Made by a program: the position numbers and the translations under genes. Under the pieces are notes generated by a model. That model was not told the origin of the DNA. It saw nothing but the letters and a program-made list of their open reading frames with translations, and did no database searches. From Nemertoderma westbladi (taxonomy: Eukaryota; Animalia; Xenacoelomorpha), in contig JAUCBJ010008555.1 in assembly GCA_032718475.1 (NCBI GenBank), positions 62,001 to 126,000 on the forward strand: a DNA stretch of 64,000 nt, given 5' to 3'. Within the stretch, counting starts at the first letter, position 1. Every line of letters starts with the position of its first letter. Of this stretch, positions 1 through 13,300 are shown piece after piece.

Positions 1-3000
1 GCTCCGATGTTATTATTTCCCATTTACCTTCAATATCTGACGACTGCTCCGATGTTATTATTTCCCATTTACTTTCAGTATCTGACGACTGCTCCGATTT
101 TATTATTTCCCATTTACTTTCAGTATCTGACGACTGCTCCGATGTTATTATTTCCCATTTACTTTCAGTATCTGAGGACTGCTCCGATGTTATTATTTCC
201 CATTTACCTTCAATATCTGACGACTGCTCCGATGTTATTATTTCCCATTTACTTTCAGTATCTGACGACTGCTCCGATTTTATTATTTCCCATTTACTTT
301 CAGTATCTGACGACTGCTCCGATGTTATTATATCCCATTTACATTCAATATCTGACGACTGCTCCAATGTTATTATTTCCCATTTACTTTCAGTATCTGA
401 CGACTGCTCCGATGTTATTATTTCCCATTTACTTTCAGTATCTGACGACTGCTCCGATGTTATTATTTCCCATTTACTTTCAGTATCTGACGACTGCTCC
501 GATGTTATTATTTCCCATTTACTTTCAGTATCTGACGACTGCTCCGATGTTATTATTTCCCATTTACTTTCAGTATCTGACGACTGCTCCATTGTTATTA
601 TTTCCCATTTACTTTCAGTATCTGACGACTGCTTCGATGTTATTATTTCCCATTTACTTTCAGTATCTGACGACTGCTCCATTGTTATTATTTCCCATTT
701 ACTTTCAGTATCTGACGACTGCTCCGATGTTATTATTTCCCATTTACTTTCAGTATCTGACGACTGCTCCATTGTTATTATTTCCCATTTACTTTCAGTA
801 TCTGACGACTGCTCCGATGTTATTATTTCCCATTTACTTTCATTATCTGACGACTGCTCCGATGTTATTATTTCCCATTTACTTTCAGTATCTGACGACT
901 GCTCCGATGTTATTTTTTCCCAAATACTTTCAGTATCTGACGACTGCTCCGATGTTATTGTTTCCCATTTACTTTCAGTATCTGGCGACTGCTCCGATGT
1001 TTTTATTTCCCATTTACTTTCAGTATCTGACACTGCTCCGATGTTATTATTTCCCATTTACTTTCAGTATCTGACGACTGCTCCATTGTTATTATTTCCC
1101 ATTTACTTTCAGTATCTGACGACTGCTCCGATGTTATTATTTCCCATTTACTTTCAGTATCTGACGACTGCTCCATTGTTATTATTTCCCATTTACTTTC
1201 AGTATCTGACGACTGCTCCGATGTTATTATTTCCCATTTACTTTCATTATCTGACGACTGCTCCGATGTTATTATTTCCCATTTACTTTCAGTATCTGAC
1301 GACTGCTCCATTGTTATTATTTCCCATTTACTTTCAGTATCTGACGACTGCTCCGATGTTATTATTTCCCATTTACTTTCAGTATCTGACGACTGCTCCG
1401 ATGTTATTATTTCCCATTTACTTTCAGTATCTGACGACTGCTCCGATGTTATTTTTTCCCAAATACTTTCAGTATCTGACGACTGCTCCGATGTTATTAT
1501 TTCCCATTTACTTTCAGTATCTGACGACTGCTCCGATGTTATTATTTCCCATTTACTTTCAGTATCTGACGACTGCTCCGATGTTATTATTTCCCATTTA
1601 CTTTCAGTATCTGACGACTGCTCCGATGTTATTATTTCCCATTTACTTTCAGTATCTGACGACTGCTCCGATGTTATTATTTCCCATTTACTTTCAGTAT
1701 CTGACGACTGCTCCGATGTTATTTTTTCCCAAATACTTTCAGTATCTGACGACTGATCCGATGTTATTGTTTCCCATTTACTTTCAGTATCTGACGACAG
1801 CTCCGATGTTATTTTTTCCCAAATACTTTCAGTATCTGACGACTGCTTCGAGGTTATTATTTCCCATTTACTTTCAGTATCTGACGACTGCTCCGATGTT
1901 ATTATTTCCCATTTACTTTCAGTATCTGACGACTGCTCCGATGTTATTATTTCCCATTTACTTTCAGTATCTGAGGACTGCTCCGATGTTATTATTTCCC
2001 ATTTACCTTCAATATCTGACGACTGCTCCGATGTTATTATTTCCCATTTACTTTCAGTATCTGACGACTGCTCCGATTTTATTATTTCCCATTTACTTTC
2101 AGTATCTGACGACTGCTCCGATGTTATTATTTCCCATTTACTTTCAGTATCTGACGACTGCTCCGATGTTATTATTTCCCATTTACTTTCAGTATCTGAC
2201 GACTGCTCCGATGTTATTATTTCCCATTTACTTTCAGTATCTGAGGACTGCTCCGATGTTATTATTTCCCATTTACCTTCAATATCTGACGACTGCTCCG
2301 ATGTTATTATTTCCCATTTACTTTCAGTATCTGACGACTGCTCCGATTTTATTATTTCCCATTTACTTTCAGTATCTGACGACTGCTCCGATGTTATTAT
2401 TTCCCATTTACTTTCAGTATCTGAGGACTGCTCCGATGTTATTATTTCCCATTTACCTTCAATATCTGACGACTGCTCCGATGTTATTATTTCCCATTTA
2501 CTTTCAGTATCTGACGACTGCTCCGATTTTATTATTTCCCATTTACTTTCAGTATCTGACGACTGCTCCGATGTTATTATTTCCCATTTACTTTCAGTAT
2601 CTGAGGACTGCTCCGATGTTATTATTTCCCATTTACCTTCAATATCTGACGACTGCTCCGATGTTATTATTTCCCATTTACTTTCAGTATCTGACGACTG
2701 CTCCGATTTTATTATTTCCCATTTACTTTCAGTATCTGACGACAGCTCCGATGTTATTTTTTCCCAAATACTTTCAGTATCTGACGACTGCTTCGATGTT
2801 ATTATTTCCCATTTACTTTCAGTATCTGAGGACTGCTCCGATGTTATTATTTCCCATTTACCTTTAATATCTGACGACTGCTCCGATGTTATTATTTCCC
2901 ATTTACTTTCAGTATCTGACGACTGCTCCGATGTTATTATTTCCCATTTACTTTCAGTATCTGAGGACTGCTCCGATGTTATTATTTCCCATTTACCTTC

Positions 3001-4289
3001 AATATCTGACGACTGCAACGATGTTATTATATCCCATTTACTTTCAATATCTGACGTCTGCTCCGCTGTTATTATTTCCCATTTACTTTCAGTATCTGAC
3101 GACTGCTCCGATGTTATTATATCCCATTTACTTTCAGTATCTGACGACTGCTCCATTGTTATTATTTCCCATTTACTTTCAATATCTGACGACTGCTCCA
3201 TTGTTATTATTTCCCATTTACTTTCAGTATCTGACGACTGCTCCGATGTTATTATATCCCATTTACTTTCAGTATCTGACGACTGCTCCATTGTTATTAT
3301 TTCCCATTTACTTTCAGTATCTGACGACTGCTCCGATGTTATTATATCCCATTTACTTTCAGTATCTGACGACTGCTCCATTGTTATTATTTCCCATTTA
3401 CTTTCAGTATCTGACGACTGCTCCATTGTTATTATTTCCCATTTACTTTCAATATCTGACGACTGCTCCGATGTTATTATTTCCCATTTACCTTCAATAT
3501 CTGACGACTGCTCCGATGTTATTATTTCCCATTTACTTTCAGTATCTGACGACTGCTCCGATGTTATTATATCCCATTTACTTTCAGTATCTGACGACTG
3601 CTCCGATGTTATTATATCCCATTTACTTTCAGTATCTGACGACTGCTCCATTGTTATTATTTCCCATTTACTTTCAGTATCTGACGACTGCTCCGATGTT
3701 ATTATATTCCATTTACTTTCAGTATCTGACGACTGCTCCATTGTTATTATTTCCCATTTACTTTCAATATCTGACGACTGCTCCGATGTTATTATTTCCC
3801 ATTTACCTTCAATATCTGACGACTGCTCCGATGTTATAATTTCCCATTTACTTTCAGTATCTGACGACTGCTACGATGTTATTATATCCCATTTACTTTC
3901 AGTATCTGACGACTGCTCCGATGTTATTATATCCCATTTACTTTCAGTATCTGACGACTGCTCCATTGTTATTATTTCCCATTTACTTTCAGTATCTGAC
4001 GACTGCTCCATTGTTATTATTTCCCATTTACTTTCAATATCTGACGACTGCTCCGATGTTATTATTTCCCATTTACCTTCAATATCTGACGACTGCTCCG
4101 ATGTTATTATTTCCCATTTACTTTCAGTATCTGACGACTGCTCCGATTTTATTATTTCCCATTTACTTTCAGTATCTGACGACTGCTCCGATGTTATTAT
4201 TTCCCATTTACTTTCAGTATCTGACGACTGCTCCGATGTTATTATTTCCCATTTACTTTCAGTATCTGACGACTGCTCCGATGTTATTC
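1..4289 (+). repeat. 45-bp minisatellite (~95 copies, continues beyond the window) whose unit spans the exon 1 splice acceptor
   Basis: Unit tttcccatttactttcAG/TATCTGACGACTGCTCCGATGTTATTA; 180-bp higher-order period visible at 2221-2760. Confidence 0.97.
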
Positions 4290-4388
4290 CTGACTGCCCT
4301 GACGGGGCTCGATGTACCGATATTTTCGGCCAGGGCTCCAGCTGTACCTGTTTACCTGGTTACGATGGCGACGGTACTGTTTGCACGG
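4263..4388 (+). CDS. Exon 1 in window (EGF: SDDCSDVIPDCPDGARCTDIFGQGSSCTCLPGYDGDGTVCT)
   Basis: tttcag acceptor is the last unit of the 45-bp array; donor G/gtaagt; 6-Cys EGF pattern. Confidence 0.85.
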
Positions 4389-7300
4389 GTAAGTTATTTT
4401 TATTGTATTCATATCCGTTAGTTTAGGAACTATTCAGTCAAACATGTTTTTAATCAATTTCTATTTGATATTCACGATCACCTTTGTACTTTTTTACTTT
4501 TTACTTTTAACACCTTTTTACTAATAATTATTTTATTATATTGAAGGGCTATAATCATGATCCCTGTGATGTGAGGTATGTGGTTTGAGACAAGTGTAAT
4601 TTCGTAATTTCGTAATATTTATCATATTTATTTACTTTAGACATCAATGAATGTGTGACTTTGGGTTCTTCCGCCTGTCTCCCCATGGCAACATGTAACA
4701 ACACCCCCGGCGGTTACACCTGCTCATGTCCAGTCGGTTACTATGGAGACGGAAAGATTAATTGCGACACGGACCACGAATGTACAGCAGGGTTGAATTG
4801 CGACGAAAGTTCGGCTCATTGTGAAAACACAGACTACGGTGCACATTGTGTCTGTGATGCGGGTTAGTTGCTCTTCCTTCAAAGTATTCTAGATTTTTCC
4901 TTTTATCACTATCACTATCATCATTATTACTTTAATTTTAATTTTGAAATAACTTGTTGGCGTTTAAGTTTTAATTTTCATCAGTCAAGGTAAATCCTTT
5001 GCCTATAGTGGTAAGTTGTCTTCTTTGACTTCCGGTCGGGAGGCCGTGGTTCGGTCCCTACACGGAGCAGCACTTTTTGGGCACAGTGCTTTATAAATGC
5101 TGCAGCTTAGGCCAACCCAGGCTTTCATCCTTGACTGTTCGGCAAATGGGGGAATGAAGGTAATTTGGGAAACATAGTGGAAGAGTTTAATGTCGGAAGA
5201 TTGCCCTTATGGTGAACAGGTATTCCCTATGGCTTAATAATTAATAAGCCTAAAATTTATTCTCCCACTCACTGGTAAATTTTTGTTTCATCATTTTAGG
5301 TTTCATCGGCGATGGAGTGACTTGTGAGGATATCAATGAATGCACAGCCAATAGGGATCCCTGTCCCGAATCCAACACGCATTGCGAGAACTCCCAGGGG
5401 TCATACAGCTGTCCTTGCAACTCTGGGTTCGAACCCAGTCCAGGTAACTATAACACAGATTTATAGGGAACTCACCAAAATCACATCTGTTGAATATTTT
5501 CATTTGACGTAAATCTTTGGTCTGCTCGAAGAACCAAGAAGTTTTAGTAACTAACAATTAAATAACGTTATAACGTCGCCCTTACGGATAGTGGCGTAAG
5601 TTGACCTCAAGTGTAATAAATTTTAGTTTATTGTTTTGGTTAGAAAATACTACCACTGTAACCTGCACCTTACCCTTAATATTTAATATTTGGTCACAAC
5701 ACACATAGTTTTGTTGTTTGCGGTCATTTTGCGTCACTAACTCGGTCGTTAATAATACGAAGCCTCTTGGCGCCGTCGCAATCAACCCAGTAGGCCTATC
5801 TGTGACTCACAATGCCAGAATCCCGCTGCGATCCCAGCCACCTGTCCAATTGTTGGGAGGAAACAAAAGTTCATTAATATTATTATTATTATATTTTATT
5901 AATATTATAAGGATTATTTTGTAGACGGAAATGGTTGCGTCGATATAGACGAGTGTAGCAACGGCGAGGCGAACTGCGATGTGAACGCGGTTTGCGAGAA
6001 TTGCCCCGGAGGCTACTCCTGTATATGTAACGATGGTTACTTCGGTAACGGGCACACCTGCTTCGGTTAGTGTATTACCGTATAGGAGGCCAGTCGATCA
6101 CTCGGTTAATAAATACAATGTCCGCGTCGCGTCGATGTTATAATGTATAAAACCTTCATTTAATGTAACAATATAACATAAATATAACAATAAACTGCCA
6201 TTTTCTCTCTCTCTCTCTCTCTCCGCAGATGTTGATGAATGTTCCCGTGGTAACCACAACTGTTCGCCCAACGGGGAATGCCAGAATACTGCGGGAGGTT
6301 ACGAGTGTGTCTGTAGAGACGGTTACCTTGGGGACGGGTTTGTTTGCGACCAAGATAACAGTTGCCAGGTGGGTTGTTTTTAGTTAGTAAAAGGTACTTA
6401 ATACTTGACAGCTTAAATTTTTAATAAAGCGAACGATAATATTACACCGCTTAATATATCGTCAGGTATATTTTTTGGATGAGACGCCAGGTGTTCTATT
6501 ATCCATATTTTAATGAAAATTTATTGATCCGAATCAGATAATTAATCGATTTCTAGATTAATTCTGATCAATTGTTTGTTGTTTCTAATTAATTTAAATG
6601 TGATAATTAATAAATTGTTACAGAGTATCGGCGGGTGTTCCGCTAACGCTATGTGCACCAGACAAAATGGACAGGCACACTGTGAATGTAACCATGGTTA
6701 CGAGGGCGACGGACATATATGCACCCCAGTTAACGAGTGTGCAGACAGGTGTGTGAATAAACATTTTATATTTCTTACTTATTTCCCTACTTAACTTTTT
6801 TACTTTTAATTACCTCTATTTATTATCATTTCTGCTTTTTATTTTGTAGTTCCTTGAACCGTTGCCATGCCAACGCACAATGTACAGACACCCAAGCTGG
6901 CTATAACTGTGATTGTTTACCTGGGTTCCAAGGCGATGGATTCGTCTGTTACGGTAAGTTTTATTTTTATTCGAAAAATATTATTAATTATTAATTATGA
7001 TGGAGTTGATTAATATATTTTTTGGACAACTAAATTTAAATATTTTGAAATATTTCTTAGATGAGAACGAATGTATTTCCGATCCATGTGTAAACGCCGT
7101 CTGCATAAACAGCGCCGGTTCCTACGAATGTGTCTGTAAACCTGGTTACCAAGGCAACAACTGCGATAACGTAAACGAATGTCTCGGAGATCCTTGCCAC
7201 GAGTTGGCGACCTGTGCCGATTCCGACGGGAGCTTTGTGTGTACATGTATCGAAGGTTTGTCTATAATCATTTATTTATTATTAGAAAGCCAGGCTATAA

Positions 7301-10300
7301 GAACAAAACTAAATCATAATTCGGTTTCTGGGTTAGTCCGAAGCGAAAAGATAAACAAATATTTAACCATCTTATCTAATACCGATATCACTATGAAGCA
7401 ACCAATTTAATATATTATGCATGCACTGCGGCAGCTCCAAACCAAAACTCTTTTTGACTTTTCGAGATAAACGCGTTTAAAGTTTTTGGACTTTAAACAG
7501 CTGGCATTTGGTTGAAATTTAATTTGATGACTTATAATTTTGTGTACCTTTACAAATTGTACATATATATTAGTGCCAAAACTTTTTTTTAAATTTATTC
7601 CTTACTTTTCATATAAATCGACTTACACGGTTTTGGTATGGTAGATAAGAAAACAATTGTAATTTTTGATGCATCCATACCCAGTAACGTCATGATTCCC
7701 ATTTCAAAACACAGAACTAATTGCCCACACCAAAACCCAGTAAACTAACATTTAACTTTTCCAATCAGTTACCTTTCCCATGCCAAAACCAAGTAACTGA
7801 CAAGTCCCTTCGCCAAAACCCAGTAACTCTGCTGACTTCCTTCGCCAACGGTTAGCGAAAACAAAGAGGCAACATTCTAGAATATAATATTCTAGAACAT
7901 TTAATTATTTGCCTACGTCTGTTGCGTTGCCGGAGTTACTGGTTTTTTTTTGGTTTGGCATAGTATCTGCATTCGGGAAATCTCACGTCAAAACCCAGTA
8001 TCTCAAACTGCTGGAATCCCAGTAACTCGGTTTACTGGGTTTTGACGTAAATCTGACATTGACAATATACATACTGGGTTTTGAGTTGGACAATTTGTCT
8101 TTCGGAAACGATACTCGATTTTGTTCAGAAAATACCGGTGAAAACCCAGTAAAGAATTTTGCTCGAAACCCAGTAAGTGCAGTTACTGGGTTTTGGCGTA
8201 GGATTTTGGGATTTTTGAGCACATACTGGGTTTTGATGGAGTAACTTTTTCAAAATAACACCAGAAAGGATAAACGAAACCCAGTAACTAGCATTACTGT
8301 GTTTCGACGTGGTATTTGCTCTAAATTAGCTAATTTAGTTAATTAATTAATTGTTAATACTGCGAAATCGGTTAATGCTATGGTTTCGAAACTGAGTCAG
8401 ATGAATTCTACGCCCCCAAAAACCCCAAAAATCGAAAAAAATAGATTTCGAAAAAAATTGGCATACTGGGTTTTGGTTTGGAGCTGCCGCCTGTATCATA
8501 AGAATAATTCCTAATAATATAATAATAATATTCATGTAATTGTAATTGCAATAATTTTTTGGTTATGAATGCATTATTTTTGTAACATATTTTACAGAAA
8601 AGCGTTGGCACCGTAATTTCTTATTTTATTGGCCTTTTTAAGCAGATTTTTTAAACATTGCATTTTAACTGGGCTTTGGATAAATACCGAATTAAATTTT
8701 TGTTGGTGTATTTTAAAGCAATAGGTGGAACCAAACAAAGACCGTAAATTTTGATTAGTATTATTTTTGCATATTCTTAAGCCAAACTAAAAAAACGAAG
8801 TCCTATAAAATAATTACGTAATTTATATACAATTTATTGTGTTTGTTGTTGCTTAGGAACCGTTGGTAACGGAGTAGATTGCGTCGATGAAGATGAGTGC
8901 GTCACTGGCCACAATTGTATGGGCGACCACGTCTGCGTGAACCAAGAACCTGGATACGACTGCCAATGTCCGCCGGGCACACGGTCCATTGTCGGTTCCT
9001 GTATCGGTGAGTAGCCACACACACGCATATTGTTACTCAAAAACTCCCATATTTGTGGGTTTGTAACACCCTAATAGCTAAGAGCATTGAAACTAAGTCC
9101 CTTGCTGTTGCTGTTGGTTCCTGATTTCTGGACAGACAGACCTGTAACAATTTATAATCGTTTTATTGTTGTTTTTGTTTTTTCTTATTACACAATATAG
9201 ACATCGATGAATGCGCTGAGGGGACTGATACCTGCCATGATGATGCTACATGTACCGATACGATTCCATTTTACACTTGCGAGTGTAATCCTCCGACAAT
9301 AGGGAACGGACATCAGTGTGCAGGTTGGTAGCTATGGTAATCCTCCGACAATAGGGAACGGACATCAGTGTGCAGGTTGGTAGCTATGGTAATCCTCCGA
9401 CAATAGGGAACGGACATCAGTGTGCAGGTTGGTAGCTATGGTAATCCTCCGACAATAGGGAACGGACATCAGTGTGCAGGTTGGTAGCTATGGTAACCCA
9501 CCGACAATAGGGAACGGACATCAATGTGCAGGTTGGTAGCTATGGTAACCCTCCGACAATAGGGAACGGACATCAATGTGCAGGTTGGTAGCTATGGTAA
9601 TCCTCCGACAATAGGGAACGGACATCAGTGTGCAGGTTGGTAGCTATGGTAACCCACCGACAATAGGGAACGGACATCAATGTGCAGGTTGGTAGCTATG
9701 GTAACCCTCCGACAATAGGGAACGGACATCAATGTGCAGGTTGGTAGCTATGGTAATCCTCCGACAATAGGGAACGGACATCAACGTGCAGGTTGGTAGC
9801 TATGGTAATCCTCCGACAATAGGGAACCGACATCAATGTGCAGGTTGGTAGCTATGGTAATCCTCCGACAATAGGGAACGGACATCAATGTGCAGGTTGG
9901 TAGCTATGGTAATCCTCCGACAATAGGGAACGGACATCAATGTGCAGGTTGGTAGCTATGGTAATCCTCCGACAATAGGGAACGGACATCAATGTGCAGG
10001 TTGGTAGCTATGGTAATCCTCCGACAATAGGGAACCGACATCAATGTGCAGGTTGGTAGCTATGGTAATCCTCCGACAATAGGGAACCGACATCAATGTG
10101 CAGGTTGGTAGCTATGGTAATCCTCCGACAATAGGGAACGGACATCAGTGTGCAGGTTGGTAGCTATGGTAATCCTCCGACAATAGGGAACGGACATCAG
10201 TGTGCAGGTTGGTAGCTATGGTAATCCTCCTACAATAGGGAACGGACATCAATGTGCAGGTTGGTAGCTATGGTAATCCTCCGACAATAGGGAACCGACA

Positions 10301-13300
10301 TCAATGTGCAGGTTGGTAGCTATGGTAATCATCCGACAATAGGGAACGGACATCAGTGTGCAGGTTGGTAGCTATGGTAATCCTCCGACAATAGGGAACG
10401 GACATCAGTGTGCAGGTTGGTAGCTATGGTAATCCTCCGACAATAGGGAACCGACATCAATGTGCAGGTTGGTAGCTATGGTAATCCTCCGACAATAGGG
10501 AACCGACATCAATGTGCAGGTTGGTAGCTATGGTAATCCTCCGACAATAGGGAACGGACATCAATGTGCAGGTTTGTAGCTATGGTAACCCACCGACAAT
10601 AGGGAACGGACATCAGTGTGCAGGTTGGTAGCTATGGTAATCCTCCGACAATAGGGAACGGACATCAGTGTGCAGGTTGGTAGCTATGGTAATCCTCCGA
10701 CAATAGGGAACCGACATCAATGTGCAGGTTGGTAGCTATGGTAATCATCCGACAATAGGGAACGGACATCAATGTGCAGGTTGGTAGCTATGGTAATCCA
10801 CCGACAATAGGGAACGGACATCAATGTGCAGGTTGGTAGCTATGGTAATCCTCCGACAATAGGGAACGGACATCAATGTGCAGGTTGGTAGCTATGGTAA
10901 TCCTCCGACAATAGGGAACCGACATCAATGTGCAGGTTGGTAGCTATGGTAATCCTCCGACAATAGGGAACGGACATCAGTGTGCAGGTTGGTAGCTATG
11001 GTAATCCTCCGACAATAGGGAACCGACATCAATGTGCAGGTTGGTAGCTATGGTAATCCTCTGACAATAGGGAACGGACATCAATGTGCAGGTTGGTAGC
11101 TATGGTAACCCACCGACAATAGGGAACCGACATCAATGTGCAGGTTGGTAGCTATGGTAATCCTCCGACAATAGGGAACGGACATCAATGTGTAGGTTTT
11201 CTAGTGTAGATTTTCGGGTTATTGTCCTGTTTTATAAAACCGGTCCATATCTTCAGGTTATTGTCCTGTTTTATAAAACCGGTCCATACCTTCAGGTTAT
11301 TGTCCTGTTTTATAAAACCGGTCCATACCTTCAGGTTATTGTCCTGTTTTATAAAACCGGTCCATATCTTCAGGTTATTGTCCTGTTTTATAAAACCGGT
11401 CCATATCTTCAGGTTATTGTCCTGTTTTATAAAACCGGTCCATATCTTCAGGTTATTGTCCTGTTTTATAAAACCGGTCCATATCTTCAGGTTATTGTCC
11501 TGTTTTATAAAACCGGTCCATACCTTCAGGTTATTGTCCTGTTTTATAAAACCGGTCCATACCTTCAGGTTATTGTCCTGTTTTATAAAACCGGTCCATA
11601 TATTCAGGTTATTGTCCTGTTTTATAAAACCGGTCCATATCTTCAGGTTATTGTCCTGTTTTATAAAACCGGTCCATATCTTCAGGTTATTGTCCTGTTT
11701 TATAAAACCGGTCCATATCTTCAGGTTATTGTCCTGTTTTATAAAACCGGTTCATATCTTCAGGTTATTGTCCTGTTTTATAAAACCGGTTCATACCTTC
11801 AGGTTATTGTCCTGTTTTATAAAAACGGTCCATATCTATAGGTTATTGTCCTGTTTTATAAAACCGGTCCATATCTTCAGGTTATTGTCCTGTTTTATAA
11901 AACCGGTCCATACCTTCAGGTTATTGTACTGTTTTATAAAACCGGTCCATATATTCAGGTTATTGTCCTGTTTTATAAAACCGGTCCATATCTTCAGGTT
12001 ATTGTCCTGTTTTATAAAACCGGTCCATATCTTCAGGTTATTGTCCTGTTTTATAAAACCGGTCCATATCTTCAGGTTATTGTCCTGTTTTATAAAACCG
12101 GTCCATATCTTCAGGTTATTGTCCTGTTTTATAAAACCGGTCCATATCTTCAGGTTATTGTCCTGTTTTATAAAACCGGTCCATATCTTCAGGTTATTGT
12201 CCTGTTTTATAAAACCGGTCCATATCTTCAGGTTATTGTCCTGTTTTATAAAACCGGTCCATATCTTCAGGTTATTGTCCTGTTTTATAAAACCGGTCCA
12301 TACCTTCAGGTTATTGTCCTGTTTTATTAAACCGGTCCATATATTCAGGTTATTGTCCTGTTTTATAAAACCGGTCCATATCTTCAGGTTATTGTCCTGT
12401 TTTATAAAACCGGTCCATATCTTCAGGTTATTGTCCTGTTTTATAAAACCGGTCCATATCTTCAGGTTATTGTCCTGTTTTATAAAACCGGTCCATATCT
12501 TCAGGTTATTGTCCTGTTTTATAAAACCGGTCCATATCTTCAGGTTATTGTCCTGTTTTATAAAACCGGTCCATATCTTCAGGTTATTGTCCTGTTTTAT
12601 AAAACCGGTCCATATCTTCAGGTTATTGTCCTGTTTTATAAAACCGGTCCATATCTTCAGGTTATTGTCCTGTTTTATAAAACCGGTCCATATATTCAGG
12701 TTATTGTCCTGTTTTATAAAACCGGTCCATATCTTCAGGTTATTGTCCTGTTTTATAAAACCGGTCCATATCTTCAGGTTATTGTCCTGTTTTATAAAAC
12801 CGGTCCATATCTTCAGGTTATTGTCCTGTTTTATAAAACCGGTCCATATCTTCAGGTTATTGTCCTGTTTTATAAAACCGGTCCATATCTTCAGGTTATT
12901 GTCCTGTTTTATAAAACCGGTCCATATCTTCAGGTTATTGTCCTGTTTTATAAAACCAGTCCATATCTTCAGGTTATTGTCCTCTTTTATAAAACCGGTC
13001 CATATATTCAGGTTATTGTCCTGTTTTATAAAACCAGTCCATATCTTCAGGTTATTGTCCTGTTTTATAAAACCGGTCCATATCTTCAGGTTATTGTCCT
13101 GTTTTATAAAACCGGTCCATATATTCAGGTTATTGTCCTGTTTTATAAAACCGGTCCATATATTCAGGTTATTGTCCTGTTTTATAAAACCGGTCCATAT
13201 CTTCAGGTTATTGTCCTGTTTTATAAAACCGGTCCATATCTTCAGGTTATTGTCCTGTTTTATAAAACCGGTCCATATCTTCAGGTTATTGTCCTGTTTT

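Noticed and set aside
7-4260. Long ORFs of 355, 912, 608 and 317 aa in the first array
   Set aside because: By-products of a 45-bp unit lacking stops in several frames on both strands; no domain content.
5000-5070. tRNA gene
   Set aside because: Only degenerate A/B boxes with no complete cloverleaf, followed by a SINE-like body.
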